Of a DNA stretch of 64,000 nt, positions 1 through 12,486 are shown piece after piece; the stretch's first letter is position 1, and the number at the start of each line of letters is the position of its first letter. The notes under the pieces are model-generated. The model ran no database searches and was not told the origin of the DNA. It saw only the letters and a list, made by a program, of their open reading frames with translations. Location: NCBI GenBank assembly GCA_028534125.1, contig CM052817.1, positions 50,718,001 through 50,782,000 of the forward strand, read 5' to 3'. Source of the DNA: Lama glama (taxonomy: Eukaryota). Position numbers and translations under genes: made by a program.

Positions 1-295
1 TGTCTATAAGGAAAAGATAGTTAAACAACTATAATACAAGAATATAATAAGTATGGCAAAATAAATATACATGACATACTGTTGGGTTACATTTTAGGAA
101 AAGAGTTGTTTCTTTTAAGAAAAATATAGACATATATTTTTCTGAGTCCTGAAGAATGAGTAGTGTATCTCCAGACAGTTAAAACAGTAGAGGAAGCAAT
201 TCCCCAAAGCTGTGCAAACAAAGACTTAGATAAATGAGAGCTCTCACTGTGTTAGCAGGATGGCTTTGTAAAGTATAGCTGGAATAAACAGGCAG
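1..295 (-). mobile_element. Degenerate LINE-2 fragment
   Basis: Purine-rich tract (ctgagtcctgaagaatgagtag...gtgcaaacaaagacttag...gtatagctggaat) resembling the antisense of the L2 3' region. Confidence 0.5.
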
Positions 296-999
296 TGCTT
301 TCTTACAAGTGAGTAATCTGTTTTGAATATTCCCTTCCACATCTTCCTTCCTAAAAGTCTGGTGTATTCAAAAGGGTATAAGTTGCCTTTCTTTTTAATA
401 CTGTTGGAAGCCAGTCTGGGACATGGGTGTAAGGCAAGGAAAAGATTGCCAAGGCAGCCTCTGAACTTGTTCTTAAAGGCGTCAATAGATTTTTATGTGG
501 CCCAATCAGTTTATGTGACACTTAAGTATAGAGAAATTATTTGTGACAAAACCCTGGCTTGGTTAATGAGACGTTACAAAAGAGAACTACTTTATTTATA
601 ATGTCTTCGCAGTCTTAAAACCAGAGGAATTAGCTGGTCAGTAACACATTTCAAAGTGAGTTCTGAGCCACCCATTCCAAGGATGGGACCCACAGTCACT
701 CATTTATATTAAAAACGGTTTGTACAGGGTAAGGTATCTCAAATGGGATAAGGACTAAACAAATTAATTTAACTTGGAACAATTTAGGAGTAGAAGATAG
801 GGTATTTGTGTTGAAATATAGGTGGGAAATAAAATTGGAGATAATGTGTCAACAACTCTTTATTTTCTCATAAACAAGAAAAAGTTTAGGGTATTAACTT
901 TTAGTGCAGGATTTTGCTTAGCAATGAATCAAGTTTCTTGGGACATACCCTGAACAAAGCCATAGGTAGTAATAACAGTAATAATAATCATAAAAATTA

Positions 1000-1200
1000 T
1001 ACTACTACTCTGTATTTATTGGTTACTTCCTATATTTCAGGTTTTGGACCAAGTAATTTACACCATTATATCATATAATGGCCACAGCATTTTATCCCTA
1101 TTTTGATAATTAGGTGATTTAGGCTCAGACAGGCTAAGCAGCTCACCCAAGTTGACCCAACTAATAAATAATAGATCCAAGATTTTATCACATGCAGTTT
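1000..1200 (-). mobile_element. MIR SINE
   Basis: Antisense MIR core: tatccctattttgataattaggtgatttaggctcagacaggctaagcagctcacccaagttgacccaactaataaat. Confidence 0.7.
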
Positions 1201-2084
1201 ATTTTCATACTTTCCATTTCTTGTAAAGAAATAGCATCTCTTATTCTGAGACAGATTGGAAAGAGAACCAGGTAATTCAAATATTGGGAATACAGAGATT
1301 TCATTCCAAAAGTAGAACTGTTAATGTAGGTCCAGGGTATTCCTTAATTTATGTCCAACTCATAATTTCTGTAATACTTTGGATGGGCCACCAAGAACCT
1401 TATTTTTTCAGAAGGATCTGCTGGCCTTATTGCTAGATGAGGGATCCACTTGAAACAAGACTGTAGCAGTACTCAGACTCTGATTTGGGCGCTGGCTGCC
1501 TCACACTAGAGAAGGCCAAGGTGAGAGTTCTGTGTTTGTGACACCAAAATAGTACTGTTCAAATTGAAGCCAGCCCACTGCCCAGCCTGCTATTTGTTGA
1601 GAAGATACTGAAACTGAAAGATAACAAAACTGAAAAGATAAATTTATCCTTTAGAAAACTTAATCCAATAATTTTAATTATTTGGAGATCTGTGTTCATG
1701 TTGAGCTCTGCTGTACACAGCATTGGTGGTTGGGTGAAGTAAAAGATCAGTATTTATGCTTCCACTTATGTTTCCATTTTAAAATGGTAGAAGTGACAGA
1801 GGGAGCTCTTGGTGACTGCAGATGTTAAGCCATGGAATAGATATTTCCTCAGTGGAGCCACCACGAAAATGTTTGAGTTAAGAGTCTTAGGAAAAGAGAG
1901 TACCCTAATTCTTGTGACTGTCAGCTCTAATGGATGAAGGAAGACAGTTGGGTCCAGCTGTAGAGCCAGCACTGCAAAGAAGGTGTGCTCATTTACTTTA
2001 CAATATTCAAGGAGATACTAAACTTCTACATTAATCTGAAATAGTTCTAATAGGCTACAAGTCTGATTCGATAAGAGAACATAG

Positions 2085-2347
2085 TTAATATTTCTTTCAT
2101 TTATGAAACATTTACCATGTAGTATGATATTCTAAGTATTTAGGAATATTATTCAAATTGTTGCAAAACTCCTATGAGATAGAAATGATTATTATCCCTT
2201 TTTTAATAGAAATGATTATTATCCCTTTTTAAATAAGAAAACAGGGAATCTGCTAAATATACTTATCTACAGGTAACAGAAGACAGGGCCTAGATATGAA
2301 ACAAGATCTATTTTACTTAGAATATACAGCTTTTAGTCAATATACTG
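2085..2347 (-). mobile_element. MIR SINE containing a 27-bp tandem duplication
   Basis: aaactcctatgagatagaaatgattattatccctttt...aataagaaaacaggga resembles antisense MIR. Confidence 0.6.
2179..2231. repeat. 27-bp tandem duplication
   Basis: atagaaatgattattatcccttttt(t)a starts at 2179 and again at 2206. Confidence 0.9.
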
Positions 2348-3090
2348 AAAGAATAATATGTATGTAGCAAAGGTAGTAATTACAAGGCAGATGGAGCCAA
2401 ATGGTTCTAGGACCAAAGGAAGGTGATTTAATTGCTTGTAACTGACCTGCAATGGAAGCAGAAGAGATTAAGTAGGGTTAGGTCTCAACCTGCCAGACCA
2501 GGGCTGAGAAGGGCTTAAACCTGAGCATGTGGTTTCAATGCAGGATCCCAGACATGAAGAAAATACTGGAGTATAAATGAACAACTGAATGAGATTTAAG
2601 ACAGGATTAATGAGAAACATTGTTCCTCAGAGATTTTGTGAGGTCTGATGGACACTAGGCATTGGTTTAATACTACATGATTACCCAAATTACCCATTGG
2701 TGAATTATGGCCTTCTAACATACTGCCCACTTGGTCAGGATTGGTCAGGATTGGATACAGTACTGGTCTGTATCCAAAGCCTGTGGGTCACAGGCCTTAG
2801 TGATTGATAGATGTCTACTCTTACTTTTAAATTTACCTCTCAGTGTCCCTGTAGCCCAGGGAACTATGGACTACATAATTTATAAGATAATCTGTGGCTT
2901 GTCTTTCAAATACATGAACATGTAAATATACTGGAACCTCACCTCAATACATCATTTGTTACTGAGATGCATTCAATGTTGTGTTGGATATCATAGAAGA
3001 AGATACTAACTGAAGCATAAAACAACTTATAAACCAGTTTCACTCAAAATTTAACATTAAAAGTCTCCATTCTATAGGTGAAAAGAATTA

Positions 3091-3297
3091 CAGTTGACCC
3101 TTGAACAACATGGATTTAAAGTGGGTCCACTTACATATATGTGTGTTTTTTTTATGGAAAATACTATGATACTACACAACCCTTGGTTGAATCCACAAAT
3201 GTGGGAGAAACTTAGATATGGAAGGCTGACTATATGTGGATTTAAAACTTCATAGAGGGTCAGTGCCCCAGTCTTCAAGTTTTCCAAGTGTCAGTTG
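3091..3297. mobile_element. Tigger2-derived MITE (Tigger2a/MER8-like, TcMar-Tigger)
   Basis: Starts cagttgacccttgaacaaca and ends ttccaagtgtcagttg (imperfect TIRs). Flanked by TA at 3089-3090 and 3298-3299. Confidence 0.85.
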
Positions 3298-4616
3298 TAC
3301 ATAGAAATATCAACCTATTGAGTGAGAGGGTAGCTATGTTTAAATTTCTCACCATTTCAGTGCCTTTGTAGTTTTATGCCCATTCTAGGTTTATTTTCTA
3401 ATGCATTGGATGGGTCCTTATGTATTGATAAATAAAAGGTGGAGATGAGAATATTCTTCATCTCAGAGCTAGGAAAAAAGGCAGTTACATGTTCTTCTGG
3501 TACATAGCCCTGAGTCTCCGAAAGTCTTGCTTTTTTTTTTTTTTTTACATTTACACATACAGTCACTCTGTTTTGATATCAAAATAAATATCTAACTCAA
3601 AAAGGGTGAATAGATTAAAGTGCCAAATGTCCTAAAATTGCAATGTGTTCACTACTTCTGTGCAGAATTGAGGAATAGTTTCAATACCAGCCTTTTCTTT
3701 ATTATCATTTTCTCTCTGATTAGAGTTTCCACTGAATTGAAAAGAAACCCTATGCACCAAACGATATAGGGCACAGAAAGGAGACTCGTGCCTAACGTTC
3801 TATACAGACATATAATCAAGTGGTAATTGTAAACCTAGCTGATATGTGACTAGAATACAGTGTTAATGAAATTTCACAGCGGTTCTGGTAAGATGGTGAT
3901 GGTTATTAAAGCTGACCCCCTTCAGCAACGTAAATTGCCTTAGGTTTTAATTTTATTTTGACAGGATCCTTTATTACTTTTTCTGAAATCAATATTGACA
4001 CACGCAGCACACTGTAGAAAAAGCTAAACAATGCAGTACACTCAGCAGTGAAAATTGGAACAACAGGTGGTTTATATTTTTAGTTGCTGTGTATATCATC
4101 CACTGCAGAAAAATTATATGTGACACATGGAAAAAATGCTACACATGCATTAATGCCATTAAGTGCATTTAATGTAGGCTCCAACTTTATATCCAATAAA
4201 TATAAAAGGCAGTATCATCTGTCATCACTTCTGAAGGCTTCCTTAAAATGGATGATTAAGAAGGGTGACCGTAAGTTTAAAAACATTCATATATACTGAT
4301 TGTGCTTCTAAGTATGAGGCAGCTTTGAATGTAGACATCAATTTTTTGATACTACTTAAAGTAAAACTCTGAGAGGAGAATACGATGTAATAGATAAAAT
4401 GGATCTTAAAAACTATCATTAATTAAGTTTCATAGGTAGAAATCTAAAACTTCTTTAGTTATATAGATTAATTAAGGTTATAGTTAACTGGCAACAGAAC
4501 CAGAACTAATGTCTCAGGCAAGTCTGCTTTCTCCAGATTATCACCTTTGAAACTTACGGTTAAACATTTCAACAGATAAAATGACTGAGCACTTCCAGCA
4601 ATGGTCCAAATGAGAA

Positions 4617-4686
4617 TATACACATATGTATGTACGTATGTGTGTATGCATATGTGTGTACATATACAAACATAGATGCACATATA
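4617..4686. repeat. Compound (TA/TG/CA) alternating purine-pyrimidine tract
   Basis: tatacacatatgtatgtacgtatgtgtgtatgcatatgtgtgtacatatac. Confidence 0.75.
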
Positions 4687-6029
4687 AAGAAACATTCATT
4701 TAGCTATATGCATTCTATTCCGAATCACATGTCAAACATAACTTCTTGCCTAAATGACAGGTATAAGAAGATTCTTTTTTTATACTTAGAATAAAGTTTT
4801 GATAAAGTGTGTTTTTGTAATATTTTTATTAGTACATATTCTATAGATTGTTACATATTTTAACCACTGAGTGTCAAAAAGGACATAAGCACTCTGAGCA
4901 GAAACTTTCCTAACTCTTTTTTCTTCAGGGTAAATTGTTTTTCAGTGCCTGTAGTTGTCATCATCACTGTGTCTTCAACTTTCAAGCCTCCACTTGTATA
5001 TGACCATCACCTCTAAGGCTCTGCCAACAGTTTCTATATTGTTTTCTTTGAACTTCACTGACCTGTATACTCTGCTATACCCAAAGTACCTTCAAAAAGT
5101 TCACCAGTAACTTACTCAAGTTCAGTTCTGTGTTCTGGTCCATTCTAAACTCTAGACTTTGCCCATGGTGACTACCTTTATTCTCTGTAGTCTTAAGCCA
5201 TAGAAAACTCTTAAGGTTTTCTCTTCATTCATTTACTTTAATGCTTCTGCTGCTTCATATCCTTTAGGCACAGACCTTTCCCAGATATTTTGTCATTTAT
5301 TTTCTGCTTCCATGCTTTTGCATCTTCTCATTTCATGATTTCACCTCTTCCTCCACCTGGTTCTTCATTTTTTTTGTGTAGGTATTAATCTGAAAAAAAT
5401 CTCCAATTTTTGTCTCATCTTTAATTAGACACTAGTGATTTTTTCAGTAATTCTGTTAAAAAAAACATTTGGAATGAATATACTCAAAATAGTTAACAAC
5501 CATCCAAGCATGAGCTTGTTGTTTCTGGAGAATGTCACCAAAGCTAGCAAATGTCCAGAGATTTCTTGTGATTAATCCCATGGATTTCAATTAATGTAAC
5601 CTATATTAAAATGGATTCTGGAAAAAAAAAAGAGGATTATGCATGAATGTGGAAAATAGATTACATTGTCAGAAGCTAAATTGATTAGCTTTATTTTTAT
5701 TGCGGGAGGCAAATATATAAATTAAATGGTGAATTACAATTCTAAAACTATACATAAAATTCTCCTTCATTCTATGTAAAAGCATGACAAAAAATCTTTA
5801 GAAGCTGTGAAGACCTGCCATTATGTTTATGCTCACTAAGCAATGTACCATAATTATTTAACAAGAGTTTGTGTTTTCATGTATGCAGCATTGCTGAGCC
5901 ATTAGAAACCCAGTATTATTGTGTTCTTTTTCAATTACCTGAACATCCCCTGGGTCCAAGAGGATGGATAAGTTTTTAGAGATTGCTGACTCTTCTCCCC
6001 TATTAGAAATGGTTGTGTCTACCCTTTCC

Positions 6030-6212
6030 ACTCCATGAGCCTATTTTTATTTGTGTTTATTTAGCAACTTTAGACTTTTTATGGAGTTAGTTTTTGAAAA
6101 CAAGTGTAATGGGAAGGTAACTATTGTCTTCCTACTGATGTTGTTCACTTTGTGTATACAAAAGTAAGGTCGCTATTGTATGAATATTTACTGTTTTATT
6201 TGAATGAATGAT
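6030..6212 (+). mobile_element. LINE-2 3' end
   Basis: Ends in an L2-type tail, tgaatatttactgttttatttgaatgaatga. Confidence 0.4.
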
Positions 6213-6408
6213 GGTTTTGCTTTTTCTAACAGTGAGAGCACTTGTTTACTTACTCCACTGAGAATATACAAAGAACAAATAAATTTGTGTCACAAGTTGG
6301 AGCATGTGGCTATAAATTAGAAATAAATAAAAATTTCCTCATAGTAGACACTATTATGCAATAAACCTTATTATCTCAGTTGTTATTAAATTGACCTATT
6401 AAATATTA

Positions 6409-7159
6409 TGGGTGTGCTTGTAGCCAGGACTGACCCCCAGTTCAGTTTTTTGCTACATTCTTCCTTATGCGGTTGCTGCCGATTTGCTGATAGGCAGGGC
6501 CAGGTCCCAGGGCAGCTGGCTATGTGACACAGGGGTCCCATGACTGGTGACATCCTACTGGTGGCCAGGGCCAGGTCTTGGCCGGGGTGAAGACTTGTGC
6601 AGGTTTGCTGGTGGATGTAGCAAAAATGGCTGCCTCCAAAGTCTCTGTCCCCAGGGAGAACTCCAGTTGCCTCTCGCCTCGCCAGGAGGCTCTTTAAGAC
6701 CAGCACGTGAGTCTAACGCTGACTTCTTTCAAATTACTGTCTCTGTTTGAACTTGTAACATGTGAGACTTTGTGTGCACCTATAGCCTTCAGTGCTCCCG
6801 TAAGCAAGCTCTACCGACCGACCTTCAAAGCCAGATGTTCTGCGATCTCATCTTCCCTGTGCTGGACTCTAAAGCTGGGGAGCCTGATGTGGGGGGTCAG
6901 ACCTCTCACTCCTTGGGAAGGACCTTTGCAGTTGTGATTATCTGACATTTGTCGGTTGCCTACCTGAGGATGTGGGTTGTGACTATATTGTGTCTCTCCC
7001 TCTTCTGTTTGACTTGTGGTTCCTTCTTCATATTTTTAGTTGTGGAATATCTTTTCTGATAGTTTTCAGATCTTTATCATAGATAGTTGCTCTGTAGATA
7101 GTTGTAATTTTGATGTGCCCTTGAGAGGAGGTGAGCTCAAGGTCTTCCATCTTGGCCAC
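6409..7159 (-). mobile_element. Isolated LINE-1 5'UTR (laurasiatherian L1 family)
   Basis: GC-rich block ending gatgtgcccttgagaggaggtgagctcaaggtcttccatcttggccac, the antisense of an L1 5' terminus with the YY1-like CAAGATGG. Also contains ggggagcctgatgtgggggtcagacctctcactccttggg. Confidence 0.8.
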
Positions 7160-7277
7160 ATTCTGTTTAATTTTTAATGTATGCCATCTGCCAAATCACT
7201 GATGATGCATAGATGATTAATAGTCTTTCTTGAAGGATGCATTTCAACACATGTTAGAAAGTGCCATTGGGCCAGAC

Positions 7278-7650
7278 TGTTCATTGGCCTATCCAGAATT
7301 CATTCCCCTCTTTTTCATAGTAAGTCACAATTTTCTTTGGATGGAAAAATGTGCCTAGCTGGAATATAGCATTTTTGTGTCTCCCAAACAGATAAATGTG
7401 GCCACGCAATGTTTGGGCCGTTGAAACTTGAAAGAAAATCATTGGGTGGAATTTTCTTAAAATCTCTTTAAAGATTTATGGCCTTTCCCTATGGCCTTTT
7501 CCAGTTTTATATGTAGTTTCCTTTATCTAAGATGCAGTTATGACAGCTGGAATACCAGCTATCATCTCACAAACATGAGAATGAGAAACCATTCTAAAAA
7601 TGGAAGATCAGAAATCTGTAAGAGAATGTGATTTTCCTGAAAATAATATT
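7278..7650 (+). mobile_element. MaLR solo LTR (MLT1I/J-like)
   Basis: cattcccctctttt...aatgtgcctagct...tgtggccacg...gatgcagttatgacagctggaataccagctatcatct...catgag resembles old MLT1 LTRs. Confidence 0.65.
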
Positions 7651-7918
7651 GGGCTTCTTTGACACAGTATGCATACCTGTACTACTTTTATATCACCTAG
7701 AGAATGAATTCTACAGGAACCAGAATTAAGTTAAGCAAGACACAGATTTTTCTCTAATAAATGAACGCCAAATCTTAGAAATGTAATAAAATAAAAGTGT
7801 ATTTCTCATTCTCAAAGTCTACTACTCTGACACCATCTTATCTTTTAGAACATTCTTTGAGTATTTGACCACCAGGGATACTACAACATGTGAAGGGAAG
7901 GGGAAGGAAGGGTCTGTC

Positions 7919-7936
7919 TTTTTTTTTTTTTTTTTT
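7919..7936. repeat. poly(T)18
   Basis: Run of 18 T read directly. Confidence 0.9.
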
Positions 7937-8856
7937 CAGGGAAGATATTTGACTACTGAGTCAAAGCACTGAATGCTTGAAATTTTCAGGTGACATATTA
8001 TTTTTTGAGTTAATTTTGTTAATTTTACTCATCAAGGATTTTTTTCATTATGTAAATTGTCAACTTTTGGTCATGAGACTGTAAATGATTTTATTGCTTC
8101 CAGTTTTTGTTGTATCTGCAATGCTGTCTCCCTCTTCAATCCTCATTTTGGTTATTATGCATCCTTTCTTTTCTGTATTATCAACTTTAAGGTTTGTCCC
8201 TCTTATTTGTCTTTTTCAAATTTTGATACTATTATACATCTGTAGTGTAAATTTGCATTTAAAAATGATTAATTTCTGCTACTATCCTCATTATTTCTCA
8301 CATTTTATGTTCTTTGAGACTGTTCAGCCGTTTTTTTCCCTAACTTTTTATATTTTCATTAAGCTTTAACCTCTGTTTATTTCAGAAAAATTATTTGAGA
8401 GTATAAAATACCTTTTATCAAGTGATTTAGTCATCTTCCCACACAGTGGTGTATTATATCTTTATAATTCATTGTTTAGTATTTTCTATGTTTTCTTTGT
8501 GTTTTATTTAGATGTGAGTCTTAATTTCTAAACATACATAGTTTCTTAATGGAAGCATTTATTTCATGAACACTTACTGAAATTTTTGGTATATTTGGAT
8601 CTGTATCTACTACCCTATCTTGAATTTTAATATTTATAAAGATTCTAGATAAGTTCCTGGCCCAAAATAAGCACTATATAAGTATAATAATTTGTCCCAT
8701 ATCTTACATTTTTTTTACCATTCCAACATCTTTCATATTAATTCAATGATTTTCCTTACTATACATGTTTAAGTTTCAATAAGTTTAGAACTTATATACT
8801 TGTTTTCTACTTTGATTACACTCACAAATAAAGTCGGTATTTTTTTGGGGGGGGGG

Positions 8857-11592
8857 CACTTTTAAACCGTTTGACCAACTGTACCCATTTCACCAGTCCC
8901 CATTACCCCTACCATACCTCAGGTAACCACTTATTTGGGTTTTTTGCTATTGAATCATATGAGTTCTTTATACATTTTTGATATTACCCCCTTATCTGAT
9001 ATATTATTTGCAAATATCTTCTGTGCAGAAGGTTGCCTTTTATGTTGTTGATGGTTTCTTTAGCTGTGCAGAGGAATCTTACTTTGATGTGCTAGATTTT
9101 GCTAAAAATATTTGCATCTGTGTTCATTAGGGATATTGGCCTGCAATTTTCTTGTGCTATTCCTGTCTGGTTTTGATATCAGCATAATACATGTTGTAAA
9201 ATAAATTTGGCCTTTTTCTACTTTTTTTTTTCCTGCTTTGGAAGAATTCGATAAAGGTTGATATTTATTCTTCTTTAAATGTTTGTTGGACTTCTCTAGT
9301 AAAGCCATTTGGTCCTGGAATTTTATTTGTTTGGAGATTTTTGATTAGTGATTCAATCTCTTTATTAGTAATCAGTCTGTTCAGACTTTCTATTTCCCCC
9401 TAATTCAACATTTGTCGGTTGTATATTTCTAGAAATTTATATGCACCTTCTTGGTTGTACAATTTGTTGGTGTACAGTTGTTCATAGTAGATTCTTAAGA
9501 GCCATTGTATTTCTGTCATATTAGTTGTAATGCCTCTGTCATTTCTGATTTTCATTTGAGTCTTTTCTCTTTTTTTCATGTTGAATCTGGCTTACGATCT
9601 GTTTATTCTTTTCTATTGTTTGAAAAAAGTAGGTCTTAGTTTTTTTTTTTAATCTTTTCTATTGTCTTTAGTATCTATTTCATTTTTTTCTACCCTGATC
9701 TTTGTTATTTTCTTTCTTCTAATTTTGGGCTGAGATTTTTTTTTCTGTTCCTTGGAGTGTAAAGCTAGGTTGTTTATTTGAGATCTTTCTTGTTCTTAAC
9801 GTAGGAATTTATTACTATGAGCTTCCCTCCTAGAACTGATTTTGCTACATTCCATAAGTTTTTGTATATTTTCGTTTATATTTTTCTTCAGATGTATTTG
9901 AATCACTCAATTTTGATTCTTTTTTCCCATTTTTGTTCAGGATCATGGTGTTTACTCTCCACGTATTTGCAAATTTTCCAGTTTTCTTCTTGTCATTGAT
10001 TTCTAGTTTCATACCATTATGGTCAGAAAAGATGCTTGATATGATTTCAGTCTTCTTAAGTTTATTGAGACTTGTTTTGTGGATTGACATGTGTTCTATC
10101 TTGGAGAACGTTCCATGTGTACTTAAGAATGTATATTCTGCTGCTATTGGATGGAATGTTCTGTGTATGTCTGCTAAGTTTATTGATCAAAAGTATGGTA
10201 CAAGTCCAGTGTTTCCTTGTTGATTTTATGTCTAGATGATCTATCCATTGATAAAAATGGAGTATTGAAGTCTTCTACTATTATTGCACTGCAGTCTATT
10301 TCTCACTTTTGGTGATTAATATTTGGTTAATGTATTTAGATGCTTTCATGTTGGGTACATAAAAATTTACAAATGTTCTATTATCTTGTTATATTGATGC
10401 TATTTATTACTTATCTTTGTCTTTTATTTCAGTCTTTGTCTTAATATCTATTTGTCTGATATAAGTGTTAAATATCCCCACTTTCCTTTGGTTTCCATTT
10501 GCATAGAATATCTTTTTCCACTTCTTGATTTTTCAATCTATGTGTGTCCTTAAAGCTTAATTGAATCTCTTCTATGTATTTTGATTGGAAAACATAGTTA
10601 TTTAAACGTTAAGTAATTATTGATAGCTATGGCCTTATTGCATTTTAACTATTTTGTTAGTGTTTGGTAATTCCTTTCTTCTTCTCTTGCTTTCTTCCCT
10701 TGTGATTTGATGCTTTTCTGCACTGGTAGTCTTTGATTTCTTTATCTTTCTCTTTTGTTTATCAAGTGTATGTTTTTGCTTTGTGAGTCCCATGAGGCTT
10801 AAATAAGATATAACAGTCTATTTTAACTTGATATCAATTTAAGTTTGAATGCATTCTAAAGCTCTACATTTTCACCATCCCCTCACATTTGTTTCTGGAG
10901 TCCCAATTTATATATTTTTATCTTGTGCATCTTTTAACAAATTTTTGTAGTTAGTTATTTTTACTGTTTTCATCTTGCAGCCTTTATACTAGATTTGTAA
11001 GTGACTAACCTACCGCCATTACAACTTTAGATTATTCTGAAATTAACTATATATTTTCCTTTACCACCAAGATTTATACTTTCATAAGTTTTCCTATTAG
11101 TAATTAGTATCCTTACATTTCAGTTTTCCCCCCATGAGTTATACTTTTATTTATTTTTTGAAAAAAAATATATATAGTCAGTTTACAATGTGTCAATTTC
11201 TAGTGTACAGCATAATGCTTCAGTCATACCTGAACATACAAATATTTGTTTTCATATTCTTTTTCACCTTAAGTTACTACATGATACTGAATATAATTCC
11301 CTGTGCATTTCAGCTTAATGAAGTCTTTCTAATTTTTCTTGTCTAAGGCCAGTCTAGTGGTTCTGAACTTCTGAACTCCTTCAGAACTTTGCTTGTCTGG
11401 AAAACTCTTCTTTTCTCACTGGAGGACAGTTTTGTTGGGCAGAGTATTCTTGGTAATTTTTTTTTCTTTCAGCTCTTTGAATGTATCATGATACTCCCTT
11501 CTGGTATGTGAACTTTTTGCTGAAAAATCTGATAGTCTTATGGGGATTCCCTTGTACATAACAACTTGTTTTTTCTCTTGGTGCTTTAAAAA
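8857..11592 (-). mobile_element. Old LINE-1 (L1MA9/L1_Art-like), 5'-truncated in ORF1, with internal deletions
   Basis: Minus-strand ORF remnants: 9845-10090 (KTSLNKLKKTEIISSIFSDHNGMKLEIN, ORF2p endonuclease SDH motif), 9102-9308 (LISKPDRNSTRK, just upstream of RT) and 11416-11601 (YKGIPIRLSDFS...RREYHDTFKELKEK, ORF1p). Confidence 0.92.
11124..11305 (-). mobile_element. Younger short L1 3'-end insertion nested in the old L1
   Basis: tatagtcagtttacaatgtgtcaatttctagtgtacagcataatg L1 3'UTR, flanked by the perfect direct repeat catttcag at 11116-11123 and 11306-11313. Confidence 0.85.
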
Positions 11593-12044
11593 ATTTGGCA
11601 TTCTTCACCTATCAAAGTCTAAAATTATTTGTAAATTTATCTGTTTATTTTGTTTTCTAAAATAAACACATTTCTTTTATAAATTAAAAAATACTTAAAT
11701 TTTTAAAAATTAAAAAACTCCAAGAAACTCATGAGCAGCATAATATGCATAATATTACATATGTATATCTAAGATTATCAGGTAGAACATGAATATATAT
11801 ATAAAAGTTGTAATGGAGTTTTGTTACATATATAGGGTTTTAAGTTATCTAATATAAATCACTTCATTACTCTAAAGAAAATTAGGAAAAGTTAATTACT
11901 TTGTGTATATAACTTTAATTGCCTTTTCAGTCAAGTTGAGGTTTAGATTTTATAAACTTCTTGACAATATTTAATAAAATTGCTTGTTGACAAAGGAAAT
12001 CCAAGGTTGGATAGATAATAGCTCTATAACCATCATTTAGGGAC

Positions 12045-12486
12045 TCTTCATTAAGGGACTATGAACTGCTTTTACAAAAAGCCCCAAATCTCAATAACAT
12101 AAGTAGGTATGTTCATTTCTTGCTCAGTTAAAAATCCAAGTGACTCTTCTATTCTCTGAGTGGCTGTCTCTGGTTATTTGGGGACTCCCTTTTTTTCGAA
12201 CCTATTGGGCTTCAATTATCTAGGACCACTGCATCTGGCCACAGATAGGGGAAGAGGAAGTATACAAAACAAACCCCCAGGTTACCTACTTTGGATCAGA
12301 GGCATATATTACTTGCACTTCCTTTCCATTGGTAGAAGCGGGTCATCTGGCTCATTCTAGATTTAAGATGGTAAGGGAAGGAAGGGGAGTTAGGAAGTGT
12401 GGTTTCTGATTGGGCATTTCCTAGCAATGACTCTGCAATATATAGTTGTACATACATATTTGGTGGAAAGAGCCATTTCTGCCTCA
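12045..12486 (-). mobile_element. Old MaLR/ERVL solo LTR (MLT1K/L-like)
   Basis: acaaaaagccccaaatctca...catttcttgctca...ttccattggtagaagcgggtcatctggc...tttggtggaaagagccatttctgcctca. Confidence 0.7.

Noticed and set aside
7919..7940. T18-cag as a splice acceptor
   Set aside because: A simple mononucleotide run leading into degenerate repeat-like sequence, with no convincing downstream exon.
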